DNA of 64,000 bases from an uncultured beta proteobacterium (lineage in GTDB: Bacteria > Pseudomonadota > Gammaproteobacteria > Burkholderiales > Gallionellaceae), in the NCBI GenBank assembly GCA_963827265.1, contig CAWHAD010000002.1:144030-208029 (forward strand), in the 5' to 3' direction. A program made the translations under genes and the position numbers. Numbering within the stretch: the stretch's first letter is position 1; every line of letters starts with the position of its first letter. The notes below the pieces were generated by a model that saw only the letters and a list, made by a program, of their open reading frames with translations, did not search any database and was not told the DNA's origin. Below, piece after piece: positions 38,954 to 49,223 of this stretch.

Positions 38954-39305
38954 ATGCGCATCAAAACAACTATTCTGTTTTCCCTGATCGCCTCTCTGGG
39001 CTTGGCAAGCATGGCTTTTGCGGAAGAACAGGCAGATGGCCATAGTCTGGCTATTCGATAAAAAGAAAGGTAATTGCCTCGCGTGTCATGCAATACCGGG
39101 CGATCCCAAGGCCGAAGCAGCCGGCAATATCGGCCCTCCTCTGGTGAACATGAAACAGCGTTTTCCCGATCGCGCCAAATTGCGCGCGCAGATATGGGAT
39201 GCCACCGTCGCCAACCCGGATTCGGTGATGCCGCCATTTGGCAGGAACAAGATACTGACTGAGAAAGAAATCGATCTGGTTACCGATTACGTACAGGGTC
39301 TTTGA
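38954..39305 (+). CDS. soxX: SoxX cytochrome c; frameshift near 39052
   Basis: Signal peptide from ATG 38954, then KGNCLACH, GNIGPPL, MPPFG. Confidence 0.9.
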
Positions 39306-39337
39306 GCCAAATTTAAATTTAATCTGAAAGGTATGAT

Positions 39338-39808
39338 ATGAATCAATTGCGTAGAACGTTTCTGAAAAACGCAGGTTCCGTCGGGGCGGTTGCAGCAGCG
39401 TTCGCAGCCGGGCTGCTCAAACCCGTGACCGTCTTTGCCGCAGCGTGGAACAGCCTTGCCTTCACTGCCAAGGAACTTCCCGCAGCGTTGAAGAATGCCG
39501 GTTACGACGGAGCCGCCGAGAGCAGCGACATCATGATCAAGGCACCCGATATCGCAGAAAACGGCGCTGTGGTGCCGGTAGCTGCCACCAGCAACATTCC
39601 GGGAACCACTTCCATGGCAATCTTCATTGACAAGAATCCTGCCCCGATGATTGCCGACTTCCAGTTCATGAATGGAGCCGAGCCGTACATTGCCACACGC
39701 GTCAAAATGGCCAAGACTTCGCTGGTAAGGGTGGCGGTAAAAGCGGGCGGCAAGAATTACATCGCCAGCCGGGAAGTGAAAGTCACGATCGGCGGCTGCG
39801 GCGGCTGA
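39338..39808 (+). CDS. soxY: SoxY
   Basis: Tat RRTFLK, APDIAENG, VKVTIGGCGG. Confidence 0.97.
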   Translation: MNQLRRTFLKNAGSVGAVAAAFAAGLLKPVTVFAAAWNSLAFTAKELPAALKNAGYDGAAESSDIMIKAPDIAENGAVVPVAATSNIPGTTSMAIFIDKNPAPMIADFQFMNGAEPYIATRVKMAKTSLVRVAVKAGGKNYIASREVKVTIGGCGG

Positions 39809-39876
39809 TCGAACCTGGTTGATTAGAGAATTCAACTTGATCTGTACGATTTGACAATTTTTAAGAGGATACCAAC

Positions 39877-40188
39877 ATGGCTGAAGCAATGAAAATGCGT
39901 GCGACGATGGAAGGCGATGCGGTCGACGTAAAAGTGCTGATCCAGCATCCAATGGATACCGGGCTGATGAAGGACAAAACCGGCAAACTGATCCCGGCCC
40001 ACTTTATCAATCAGGTCGTAGCGACGCTGAACGGCAAAACCGTGATTGATGCACAGTGGGGTGTAGGCATTGCCCAGAATCCTTTTATCGGGTTCAGGAT
40101 CAAGGGCGGAAAGCCCGGTGACAAGATTGCTGTCAACGCGGTTGACAATCTTGGAGCCAAATTTGATGGCGAAGCGGTCGTTGCCTGA
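39877..40188 (+). CDS. soxZ: SoxZ
   Basis: HPMDTG, IPAHFI, NP. Confidence 0.96.
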   Translation: MAEAMKMRATMEGDAVDVKVLIQHPMDTGLMKDKTGKLIPAHFINQVVATLNGKTVIDAQWGVGIAQNPFIGFRIKGGKPGDKIAVNAVDNLGAKFDGEAVVA

Positions 40189-40243
40189 TCCACGGCAAGG
40201 ACTTGAGAACATTTGATTCTACCAACCAAGGGGAAGGTACGAT

Positions 40244-41071
40244 ATGAAACAGAAACTTATTACCATATTGGCACTGCTGCTGCTCGGCGCCAGTTTCTCT
40301 GTGTATGCCAGCCCTGCAAAAGACCGCGCGGCCTTGATCAAATACTACAAGAAGATTCTTCCGGACATCAAGTTCCAGGATTATATCTTTGGCGCACTGG
40401 CCATGAATCCGGACGCCAAGGCCCAGTACGATGACATCATGGCATTCCCGCCCTATGCCATCGATCTGGACAAGGGAAAGAGCATGTGGGAAACGCCGTT
40501 CAAGAATGGCAAACAATTTTCTTCCTGCTTTAAATATGGCGGCAAGAATGCAGCCGGCAACTACCCCTATTACGACAACGCTGCCGGACACGTGGTCACT
40601 TTCGAAAATGCCATCAACGCCTGCCTGAAAAAGAACGGCGAAGAAGAGCTGGAATACGGCAGCTCGAAAATGGGATTGCTGACTGCTTACGCACGTAGCC
40701 TGTCCGATGGGATGAAAGTCAACGTGAAGGTAAACGGCAAGGGTGCACTGGCAGCCTACGAAAAAGGCAAGAAGTACTACTATACGCGCAACGGCCAGTT
40801 GAATTTTTCCTGCGCCAGCTGCCACGTCCAGAGCGCCGGAAAATTCATCCGCAGCGACCAGCTTTCCATGATGGTCGGCCAGGCTTCACACTGGCCGGAA
40901 TTCCGCGGCGGCACGGATATCGTTACCTTGCAAGATCGTTTCAAGCAATGCCAGAAAAACATGCGTGCAAAGCCGCTTAAAGCAGATAGCGAGGAATACA
41001 ATAATCTCGAGTATTTCCTGACTTACATGAGCAACGGACTGCCCATGCTGACTCCGGTATTCCGCAAGTAA
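40244..41071 (+). CDS. soxA: SoxA (monoheme type)
   Basis: RNGQLNFSCASCH, HWP, RFKQC, LEYFLTYMSNG. Confidence 0.95.
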   Translation: MKQKLITILALLLLGASFSVYASPAKDRAALIKYYKKILPDIKFQDYIFGALAMNPDAKAQYDDIMAFPPYAIDLDKGKSMWETPFKNGKQFSSCFKYGGKNAAGNYPYYDNAAGHVVTFENAINACLKKNGEEELEYGSSKMGLLTAYARSLSDGMKVNVKVNGKGALAAYEKGKKYYYTRNGQLNFSCASCHVQSAGKFIRSDQLSMMVGQASHWPEFRGGTDIVTLQDRFKQCQKNMRAKPLKADSEEYNNLEYFLTYMSNGLPMLTPVFRK

Positions 41072-41089
41072 GACCAACTAGCTTTGCAG

Positions 41090-41120
41090 CGGATTAACAC
41101 GGGCAACCCGTGTTAATCCG
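41090..41120. other. Perfect 14-bp hairpin without U-tail between soxA and soxB
   Basis: CGGATTAACACGGG-CAA-CCCGTGTTAATCCG. Confidence 0.7.
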
Positions 41121-41166
41121 TGCTTCAAAATCTCTGCAGTATTAAATCTCTTTCAGGAGTGCCGTC

Positions 41167-42882
41167 ATGTCCATGAACCGCCGCGAATTTATGCAGATAT
41201 TGGCAGCAGCGGCAGCCTCGGGCTTTGCATTGAACAGCCGTGCAGCGCTCTCCGCCGGCAATGCAGCCAATTTCTACGAATTACCACCCTTCGGCAATGT
41301 TTCCCTGCTGCACATCACCGATTGCCATGCACAGTTGCTGCCGATCTACTTTCGCGAACCGAATGTCAACATCGGCCTGGGACAAAGCAGGAACAGGCCG
41401 CCGCATCTGGTCGGCGAAAAACTGCTCAAGTATTACGGCATCAGGCCGGGATCACCCGAAGCTTATGCATTCACCTATCTCGATTTTGATGCTGCGGCCC
41501 GCACCTACGGCAAGGTCGGCGGTTTCGCCCATCTGGCGACGCTGATCAAGAAAATCCGTGCCAGCCGACCCGGCTCCCTGCTGCTCGATGGCGGGGATAC
41601 CTGGCAGGGTTCCGCCACTGCACTGTGGACCAAGGGTCAGGATATGGTGGACGCAGGCATACTGCTGGGTGTAGATGTAATGACAGGCCATTGGGAATTT
41701 ACGCTGGGTGCGGACCGGGTCAAGCACGTCGTTGACAACGACTTCAAGGGCAAGGTGGACTTCGTCGCGCAGAACATCAAAACAAACGATTTCGGCGACC
41801 CGGTTTTCCCGTCCTATGTGATGAAGCAGATCAACGGAATTCCGGTCGCGATCATCGGCCAGGCTTTCCCTTACACGCCGATCGCCAATCCGAGATACAT
41901 GACACCTGACTGGAGCTTCGGCATCCAGGACGACAACATGCAACTGGTCGTCAACGAAGCGCGTGCCAAGGGTGCACAGGTGGTCGTGCTGCTGTCCCAC
42001 AACGGCATGGACGTGGACCTGAAGATGGCAACCAGGGTCACCGGTATCGACGCGATCCTGGGCGGACACACCCACGACGGCGTACCCGTTCCCAGCATCG
42101 TCAAGAATGCCGGCGGACAAACCCTGGTCAGCAATGCCGGTTCCAACGGCAAGTTCCTCGGCGTGATCGATTTCGATGTCAAGGGTGGCAAGGTCATCGA
42201 CATCAAATACAAGCTGTTACCGGTATTTGCGAACCTGATAGCACCCGACGCAGAAATGGCGTCCCTGATCAGCAGGGTGCGCGCGCCTTACGAGGCCAAG
42301 CTCGCGGAAAAGCTGGCCATCACGGAAGGTACGCTTTACCGCCGCGGCAATTTCAACGGCACTTTCGACCAGTTGATCCTGGACGCGCTGATGGAAGTCA
42401 AAGGTGCGGATGCGGCGTTCTCGCCGGGTTTCCGCTGGGGCACGTCGTTGTTGCCCGGGGAGGCAATCACGATGGAACACGTGATGGACCAGACCGCGAT
42501 CACCTATCCCTATTCAACACTGACCGAGATGACCGGCACAACCATCAAGGCCATCATGGAAGACGTCTGCGACAACCTGTTCAACGCCGATCCCTACATG
42601 CAACAAGGGGGGGATATGGTACGTGTCGGCGGCATCAGCTATACCTGCGATTTGCGCCAGACCATCGGCAAGCGCATCAACAACATGATGCTGAATGGCA
42701 AGGCGCTCGACCCGAACAAGAAATACAAGGTTGCCGGATGGGCGCCGGTGGGCGAAGGCGCAACCGGCGAACCGATCTGGGATGTCGTGTCCGGCTACTT
42801 GCGCGACAAGAAAACGATCACGCCGCGCAAGCTCAACCTGCCGAAACTGATCGGCGTCGATAACAACGACGGAATCGCATAA
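41167..42882 (+). CDS. soxB: SoxB thiosulfohydrolase
   Basis: Tat RREF, TDCHAQ, DGGDTWQG, HWEF, SHNG, GGHTH, QQGGDM. Confidence 0.97.
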   Translation: MSMNRREFMQILAAAAASGFALNSRAALSAGNAANFYELPPFGNVSLLHITDCHAQLLPIYFREPNVNIGLGQSRNRPPHLVGEKLLKYYGIRPGSPEAYAFTYLDFDAAARTYGKVGGFAHLATLIKKIRASRPGSLLLDGGDTWQGSATALWTKGQDMVDAGILLGVDVMTGHWEFTLGADRVKHVVDNDFKGKVDFVAQNIKTNDFGDPVFPSYVMKQINGIPVAIIGQAFPYTPIANPRYMTPDWSFGIQDDNMQLVVNEARAKGAQVVVLLSHNGMDVDLKMATRVTGIDAILGGHTHDGVPVPSIVKNAGGQTLVSNAGSNGKFLGVIDFDVKGGKVIDIKYKLLPVFANLIAPDAEMASLISRVRAPYEAKLAEKLAITEGTLYRRGNFNGTFDQLILDALMEVKGADAAFSPGFRWGTSLLPGEAITMEHVMDQTAITYPYSTLTEMTGTTIKAIMEDVCDNLFNADPYMQQGGDMVRVGGISYTCDLRQTIGKRINNMMLNGKALDPNKKYKVAGWAPVGEGATGEPIWDVVSGYLRDKKTITPRKLNLPKLIGVDNNDGIA

Positions 42883-42970
42883 TGTGCCGTTGCAGCGTGC
42901 AAGGACGCGAACACGGTATCTTGGGTTAATGCTTGATAATTTTTTGACAATCTTTTCGGGGTAAATTGAT

Positions 42971-44083
42971 ATGGATGCATCAGTTGTGATCAAAACCATC
43001 GTCTGGTGGGGATTTGGCTTGGGTATCGTATTCGGCTTCATCGCCAACAAGACCAATTTCTGCACCATGGGTGCAGTATCTGACGTGGTCAACATGGGGC
43101 ACTGGGGGCGCATGCGCGCCTGGCTGCTCGCCATCGCGGTGGCAATGATCGGCACCAACCTGCTCGCGTATAACGGTTATCTGGATTTGTCCAAGACCAT
43201 TTATACCGGCAGCAACTTCCCGTGGCTCGCCTATATTGTCGGAGGACTGTGCTTCGGCGTCGGCATGACGCTCGCCTCCGGTTGCGCCAACAGAACGCTG
43301 GTGCGTGTCGGCGGAGGCAACCTGAGATCGGTCGTCGTGTTCATCTATCTGGGCTTTGCCGCATTGGTGACGCTGAGAGGGATCCTGGGCGAATTCCGCG
43401 TGAAAGTGCTGCAGGCGCCTGCAGTCACGCTGCAGTTCGACCACGGGCAAACGCTGTCTTCGTTGCTGTCCGGGCTGGTCAGCGTATCGCCCAAAACCCT
43501 GCAGCTGGGATTGGCCGTCGTGATCGGGGTTGCGATCCTGATCTTCGTATTCAAGGACAGCAGCTTCCGCAAAAGCCTGGACAACAATCTGGCCGGACTG
43601 GTGGTCGGCCTGCTCATCATCGGCGGCTGGTATCTGACCGGACACCTCGGTTTTGGAGAAAATCCGGATACGCTGGAAATGACCTATCTGGGCACCAATT
43701 CCCACCTGGCGGAATCGATGTCCTTTGTCGCACCGACCGCCTACACCCTGGAATACTGGGCATACTGGACCGATGCTTCGAACATTGTCACTTTCGGCGT
43801 AGCGACAATATTCGGTGTCGGCATCGGCTCATTCCTGTACGCGCTGATCACCAAATCTTTCCGCTGGGAGGCGTTTTCGTCGGCTCAGGACATGTTCTAC
43901 CATATCATCGGCGGCACACTGATGGGATTCGGCGGCGTTACCGCGATGGGTTGCACGATAGGCCAGGGCATCACCGGGGTGTCTACGCTGTCGCTTGGCT
44001 CCTTTCTCGCGCTTGCAGCTATCGTCGCCGGTTCGGCCATTACGATGAAGATACAATACCGTATCATGATGCGGGAAGCCTGA
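42971..44083 (+). CDS. YeeE/YedE-family sulfur-compound transporter (SoxT-like)
   Basis: FCTMGA, LASGC, AMGCTIGQG; multiple TMs. Confidence 0.92.
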   Translation: MDASVVIKTIVWWGFGLGIVFGFIANKTNFCTMGAVSDVVNMGHWGRMRAWLLAIAVAMIGTNLLAYNGYLDLSKTIYTGSNFPWLAYIVGGLCFGVGMTLASGCANRTLVRVGGGNLRSVVVFIYLGFAALVTLRGILGEFRVKVLQAPAVTLQFDHGQTLSSLLSGLVSVSPKTLQLGLAVVIGVAILIFVFKDSSFRKSLDNNLAGLVVGLLIIGGWYLTGHLGFGENPDTLEMTYLGTNSHLAESMSFVAPTAYTLEYWAYWTDASNIVTFGVATIFGVGIGSFLYALITKSFRWEAFSSAQDMFYHIIGGTLMGFGGVTAMGCTIGQGITGVSTLSLGSFLALAAIVAGSAITMKIQYRIMMREA

Positions 44084-44223
44084 TCGTCGACTCCTGAACG
44101 CATCCGGGACATCGGACTGGCTGGCTGTGCCTTGAACCGTCTGTTGTCCCGGGCGTCCAAGCAACATTCAATCCGGGCAACCTCGCTCGAGTATGGTTCA
44201 AGTGAATCCGACAGGATGAGGCC

Positions 44224-44739
44224 ATGAAAATTTTTTTTGCCGCTTTGTTGTTCGCAATCTGCACGGGAACAGTCTTTGCCGAAACGCGCGATGCCGAACA
44301 GTACTTCTTCGATTTGAAATTTGGCGACTTCAAAAGCGAGTTGGCCAACGCAAAGCAAGCCGGCAAGACAGGCATCATGATCATGTTCGAGCAGGCCGAT
44401 TGCCCGTTCTGCTACCGCATGGAACACACCATCCTCAACCAGAGCGAAGTGCAAGACTACTACCATAAGCACTTTCTGCTTTTTACGGTGGACATCCGCG
44501 GCAGCCTCCCGATGCAGGATTTCAAGGGAACCGAAACCACGGAAAAAGCGTTCAGCATGGATCATCACGTATACGGAACGCCGGTATTCGATTTTTTCGA
44601 CCTGAACGGCAACCTGATCACGCGCTTCCCCGGAACCGCATTCGACGTGAATGAATTCATGCTGCTCGGCAAATGCGTGGCGGAGGGCGCCTGCAAAACC
44701 ATGTCGTTCAGCGCCTACAAGCGACAACTGGCGAAATGA
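44224..44739 (+). CDS. SoxW-like periplasmic thioredoxin
   Basis: Signal peptide, FEQADCPFC, TP. Confidence 0.85.
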   Translation: MKIFFAALLFAICTGTVFAETRDAEQYFFDLKFGDFKSELANAKQAGKTGIMIMFEQADCPFCYRMEHTILNQSEVQDYYHKHFLLFTVDIRGSLPMQDFKGTETTEKAFSMDHHVYGTPVFDFFDLNGNLITRFPGTAFDVNEFMLLGKCVAEGACKTMSFSAYKRQLAK

Positions 44740-46040
44740 AACCCTGCGGCCTGCTTTTGCTGAGCCGCATCAGCTGCCTGATTTTTCTATCCGTTGTTTG
44801 CACCCCTGCCCTTGCCGGCACGCTCACCCTGAAAGATGCACTGGATGCGGCCGACTCGGCTCATCCTGATCTGCTGATGGCCAAAGCAGACCGGGACAGT
44901 GCCGCGGCAGATCGGGATATCGCCGGCTCGCTGCGGGATACCCGGATCGATCTTGAAGGCATTTTGCGCAGCGGCCGTCCCACAGCCGGCGTGCCTGACT
45001 TCAGCAGCGACAACAGCATACGCCTGACCGCACGCAAGACGATCTATGATTTCGGGCGCAGCGATGACGCCGAACTGGCCGCCGCATACGAGCTCAAGGC
45101 GCGCGAGGCCGATCTGACATCCACGCTGGACCAGCGCCGCCTGGAAATCATGGCGCGCTATTTCGACGTGCTGCTGGCCGACATGCAGTACACCGTGGAT
45201 AACGAGTTGATGGCGGTGTATTACGTGAATTACGACCAGGGAAAAGACCGGCTGGCACAGGGACAGATATCCAGCGTCGAGCTGGCCGAGCTTGAATCAC
45301 GCTATCAGGATATTCTGCTAAAGCGTAATGCCAGTGCGGAGCGACAGCGGCTCACACGCGCAATGCTGGCCAATGCGATGAACCGCCCCGGGGTATTGCC
45401 GGGCGATCTGGAAGACCCGAAACTGCCGGGTAATCAGCGTGCCCTCCCCGATTACGAAGCCCTGCTGCCGATCATGTTGAACAACAATCCCCGGCTGCAT
45501 GCGCAACAGGAAATGCTGGCTTCCTCACAGCAGCGCATTGCTTCGCTGCGCGCAGAAACCGGCCCGACACTGGATGCCGAAATCGAGGCGGCCGATTACA
45601 GCCGAGCTGCGACGACACGCAACAACTACAGCGCAGGACTGATCCTGTCCTGGCCGCTGTACCAGGGCAATCGTTCCGACTCCCGGGTAGCGCGCGAGAT
45701 GGCGCACTTCAACAAGCTGCAGGCCGGCACCGAAAAGCTGAAAATGAATCTGACCCAGGCGCTGCTGGAGACCTGCCTGGATATCACCCGGCTGCAGGGC
45801 ACAGCGCGCGACGCAGCCCGAAAATACACCGAGTATCGTGACCTCCGGCTGGAACGCAGCCGCGGCCTGTATGAAATGGAGCTGAAAAGCAACCTCGGCA
45901 CATCGATGTCGGAAACATCGGATGCCAGGCTGCGCACCCGCCGCAACGAGTATCAACTCGCACTGAGCTTCGCACGCCTGGAAGCTTTGCTGGGCAAGCC
46001 GCTGAGTGAGATTGCAACAACCAGGGGGAACATGAAATGA
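44736..46040 (+). CDS. TolC-family outer-membrane protein
   Basis: LTLKDAL..A..HP, IYDFG, RYFDVL, LSWPLYQG. Confidence 0.88.
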   Translation: MKPCGLLLLSRISCLIFLSVVCTPALAGTLTLKDALDAADSAHPDLLMAKADRDSAAADRDIAGSLRDTRIDLEGILRSGRPTAGVPDFSSDNSIRLTARKTIYDFGRSDDAELAAAYELKAREADLTSTLDQRRLEIMARYFDVLLADMQYTVDNELMAVYYVNYDQGKDRLAQGQISSVELAELESRYQDILLKRNASAERQRLTRAMLANAMNRPGVLPGDLEDPKLPGNQRALPDYEALLPIMLNNNPRLHAQQEMLASSQQRIASLRAETGPTLDAEIEAADYSRAATTRNNYSAGLILSWPLYQGNRSDSRVAREMAHFNKLQAGTEKLKMNLTQALLETCLDITRLQGTARDAARKYTEYRDLRLERSRGLYEMELKSNLGTSMSETSDARLRTRRNEYQLALSFARLEALLGKPLSEIATTRGNMK

Positions 46041-46792
46041 AAAATTGGATAGCGCTGATCCTGGCCGCACTCTTCCCGCAGGTGCTGTGGGCGGCGGATG
46101 TGCCGGCAACCCTGCAGTGGTCGCAACGGGTGGAACTTTCGACGCCGGTATCCGGCGTGGTCAAGGCGGTAAATGTCGAAGTGGGCGACCATGTCAGGAA
46201 AGGCCAGGTATTGCTGTCGCTGGACAGCACCGGCTACCAGGCCAGCGTGGCCGAAACTGAATCCGCAATCACCCGCTACAAGGCCGAAACGGAGGAAGCA
46301 AAGCGCGATCTGGACCGTGTGCAGGATCTGCATGAGCGCACGGTGGTTGCCACCGCGGAACTCGATCAGGCGAAGCTGCGCCTGGTGAAGAGTCAGTCCA
46401 TGCTGGCCGAAGCGCAGGCGCAGTTGCGGCAGGACCGGAAAGCGCTGGACGATACCCAGCTGCGCGCACCGTTCGATGCGGTCGTGATCCTGCGCGACGC
46501 CGAGCCCGGGCTGAGCGTAGCCGCCGGGCTGGAACCGCGGATGCTGCTGACGCTGGCCAGGTCGGGCGAGATGATTGCGCGCATAGACCTGCCCTCGCCG
46601 CAAATCGACAGCCTGAAAACCGGCCAGACCGTGACCGTGACCGTCGCCGGAACGAACTACACCGGGAAAATCAGAACGCTGGGGCTGGAGCCAATCCAGA
46701 CCAAGGAGGGGGCGGTATACCCGGTTGATGTGCTATTCCCGAACAAGCAACCATTGCGCGCCGGATCACCGGCGCTGGTGAAACTGCCCTGA
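46037..46792 (+). CDS. Periplasmic adaptor (membrane fusion protein)
   Basis: STPVSGVV..V.V..GD.V.KGQ, coiled coil, LRAPFD. Confidence 0.88.
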   Translation: MKNWIALILAALFPQVLWAADVPATLQWSQRVELSTPVSGVVKAVNVEVGDHVRKGQVLLSLDSTGYQASVAETESAITRYKAETEEAKRDLDRVQDLHERTVVATAELDQAKLRLVKSQSMLAEAQAQLRQDRKALDDTQLRAPFDAVVILRDAEPGLSVAAGLEPRMLLTLARSGEMIARIDLPSPQIDSLKTGQTVTVTVAGTNYTGKIRTLGLEPIQTKEGAVYPVDVLFPNKQPLRAGSPALVKLP

Positions 46793-46818
46793 TCGGATAA
46801 TCGCCACGCCTGAAATAT

Positions 46819-47452
46819 TTAGTCGGTATCGCTGTAATTCAGCACCATGATCTTCGGCGCCCGGTCTATGCGGTATAAAGCCAGCAGCAGGACAATGGTC
46901 GAAACAAGCATAAAATGCGGGCCGAACAGCCAGAATACCATCGGCACCAAATAATAATAGGCACGCATGCCCATGCTGTAGAAATGACCGGCCCGATTGA
47001 GATGGGTCGCCACATGCGCAGGCGTGATCATCTTGTGATTCAGCCTGACCGGCACATTGATCATGAAGCCCACATGATTGTATATGCGGATTGCCATGGA
47101 AAAGCCGAAGAATGCGACAAACAGGTCAAGCAACAGCACAAGGAGTTTCACCATCCACAGCATCGGATTGATTGAACCCACCATGTTCAGCGCATGCCAA
47201 TGCGCCTCCAACTTGTCTCCCTGCTCACTGAGTGTCAGTACCCCGATAATCAAAAGCACCGATGTTTACGCAAGAAATGTCGCAGCCATGGTGGAGTTGC
47301 GCAGTGTCTGCACAGCCAGCACGGCATTTTTATCGTCGCCCATGATGGTCTCCACCCACGCAGTGCGTGCAATCCTGTTGATGGCCTGCACCGTGTAAGC
47401 TGGATCTTTTTGTATTTTCTTGCGGAGAAATATGTGATACCCGACGATAAAC
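46819..47452 (-). pseudogene. DUF599 membrane-protein pseudogene (5'-truncated, in-frame TAA)
   Basis: YHIFL..R.AWV..LAVQTLRNSTMAATFLA*TSVLLI; TAA at 47266-47268; no start codon found before the sulP stop. Confidence 0.75.
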
Positions 47453-47455
47453 GGA

Positions 47456-49177
47456 TCAGGAAACGGATGCCGCCTCGAGTCTCCCCTTTATGTCTGTCAA
47501 AGCGTTCCGCTCGGAAGGGAAGATATTTTTGTCCTGAATATCATTTTGCAGTCCGGTGCGCTGCATCACTTCCAGCACCGGCAGCTTGATATTATAAAAT
47601 ATCAGGGATATCCCGTTCCCCCTCAACCGTGTCACAAGTTCGCGCAGCATCGCCACACCCGAGGCATCAAGTCCGTTGATTCCCCTTGCATCCACCATGA
47701 CATATCTGATATCCGCATCGTTGCTGATCAGGTAGAGGATGGAGGACTCAAAATAATTCACGTTGGCGAAATACAGCTGCCCGTCAAAACGGATTGCCAC
47801 CACTTCGGGATGAAATTGCGGCAGACTGTATCTTTCCGCATTCTGCAGTTCGCCGTTCTCGTCCAGCCCCAGCAGAACAATGCGCGGCTTCATGGTGCGG
47901 AACAGGAACATCGCCAGCGCAAGCAACATTCCGACCAGTATCCCGTACTGAATATTGGGCGCGAACAGCAGTGTCGCGACAAAGGTTGACGCTGCCGCAA
48001 TGCCGTCCCGTTTGCTTGCATTCCACGCTTCGCGGAATATCTTGAAGTTGAGCAGTGAAATCACCGCCAGAATGATCACCGCAGCAAGCGTCGGCTTGGG
48101 CAGTTGATGCAGCAGCGGTGTCAGCACCAGCAGCGTGAGCAATACCGCTAACGCAGTGAAGATAGAGGCCAACCCGGTTTTCGCACCCGCTGAAAGATTC
48201 AGTGCAGAGCGCGAGAATGAGCCGCTCACCGGCATGGTGTGATTGAATGATGCGGCGATCTTCGCCAGTCCCTGACCGATCAGTTCCTGATTTTCATCCC
48301 AGGCCGTGCGGGTCTTGATGGCGATGATTTTGCAACTGGACATCGCTTCCATGAAACTGACCAGCGCAATCACAATAGCCATGGGCAGAAGTGAAACACT
48401 GGTCTCCCAGTTCAATTCAGGCAAGCTGAACGCCGGCAGGCCCTGCGGCACCTCGCCAACCACCCTGCCCCCCATCACCTCGAAGCCGACCAGATAACTC
48501 GCAACCGTGGCCAGTGTCACGGCAATCAGCACACCCGGCAGTTTGGGCGCGTAACGCTTCAAGGCCAGCATGATCGCCAGGGAAGACACGCCAAAGATCA
48601 GCGAAGCCGAATGCATCTCATCCATATGGGCAAGGATATGGGCTATGTCCACAAGAAAGTGCTGGCTGTTACGCAACGACAATCCGACCAGTGGCGCAAG
48701 TTGCGACAGCCCGATGATGATGGCCGCGGCATTGATGAATCCCATCAACACCGGATGCGACAGAAAATTGAGCAGCACCCCCATGCGTGCCAGCCCCATG
48801 ATGATCTGCACTACGCCGGAGAGGAATGCCATCAGCACAACGGCGGTGTAAAACTGTTCAGATCCCCAGTGGGCGAACGGAATGACGCTCGCAGCCGTCA
48901 ACAACGAGGTCATTGCCACCGGTCCGGTAGAAAGTATCCGGGATGAGCCGAACAATGCGCCGATGAGGGACGGGACGAGGATTGCATACAAGCCGAAATA
49001 GGCCGGCACACCGGCCAGTTGGGCATAAGCCAGCGACTGGGGGATAGCGACAAGCGCAACCGTGATTCCCGCGATCAAATCGGCCCTGAGCGTCTCGCGG
49101 TTGAATTCCCGCCGCCAGGACAGGAACGGGAATAGCTTGTTAAGCCAGGCTGTGCGGCTTGCTGTAACTATAGACAA
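47456..49177 (-). CDS. SulP-family anion transporter with STAS domain
   Basis: DLIAGITV..IPQSLAYA, NQELIGQG, GSFSRSA, LYFAN, DASG. Confidence 0.93.
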   Translation of the reverse strand: MSIVTASRTAWLNKLFPFLSWRREFNRETLRADLIAGITVALVAIPQSLAYAQLAGVPAYFGLYAILVPSLIGALFGSSRILSTGPVAMTSLLTAASVIPFAHWGSEQFYTAVVLMAFLSGVVQIIMGLARMGVLLNFLSHPVLMGFINAAAIIIGLSQLAPLVGLSLRNSQHFLVDIAHILAHMDEMHSASLIFGVSSLAIMLALKRYAPKLPGVLIAVTLATVASYLVGFEVMGGRVVGEVPQGLPAFSLPELNWETSVSLLPMAIVIALVSFMEAMSSCKIIAIKTRTAWDENQELIGQGLAKIAASFNHTMPVSGSFSRSALNLSAGAKTGLASIFTALAVLLTLLVLTPLLHQLPKPTLAAVIILAVISLLNFKIFREAWNASKRDGIAAASTFVATLLFAPNIQYGILVGMLLALAMFLFRTMKPRIVLLGLDENGELQNAERYSLPQFHPEVVAIRFDGQLYFANVNYFESSILYLISNDADIRYVMVDARGINGLDASGVAMLRELVTRLRGNGISLIFYNIKLPVLEVMQRTGLQNDIQDKNIFPSERNALTDIKGRLEAASVS

Positions 49178-49223
49178 AATGATATTTCCGATATGGTAAT
49201 TTCATCCGTTCGCAGCTTGAACA

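Noticed and set aside
6000-39060. Programmed frameshifting or true pseudogenisation of dsr/pet/sox genes
   Set aside because: No common slippery motif and no nonsense codons; the pattern fits sequencing indels
47266-47268. Stop-codon recoding in DUF599 or in the 63167 ORF
   Set aside because: TAA and TAG act as normal stops elsewhere in the window and both ORFs look degraded
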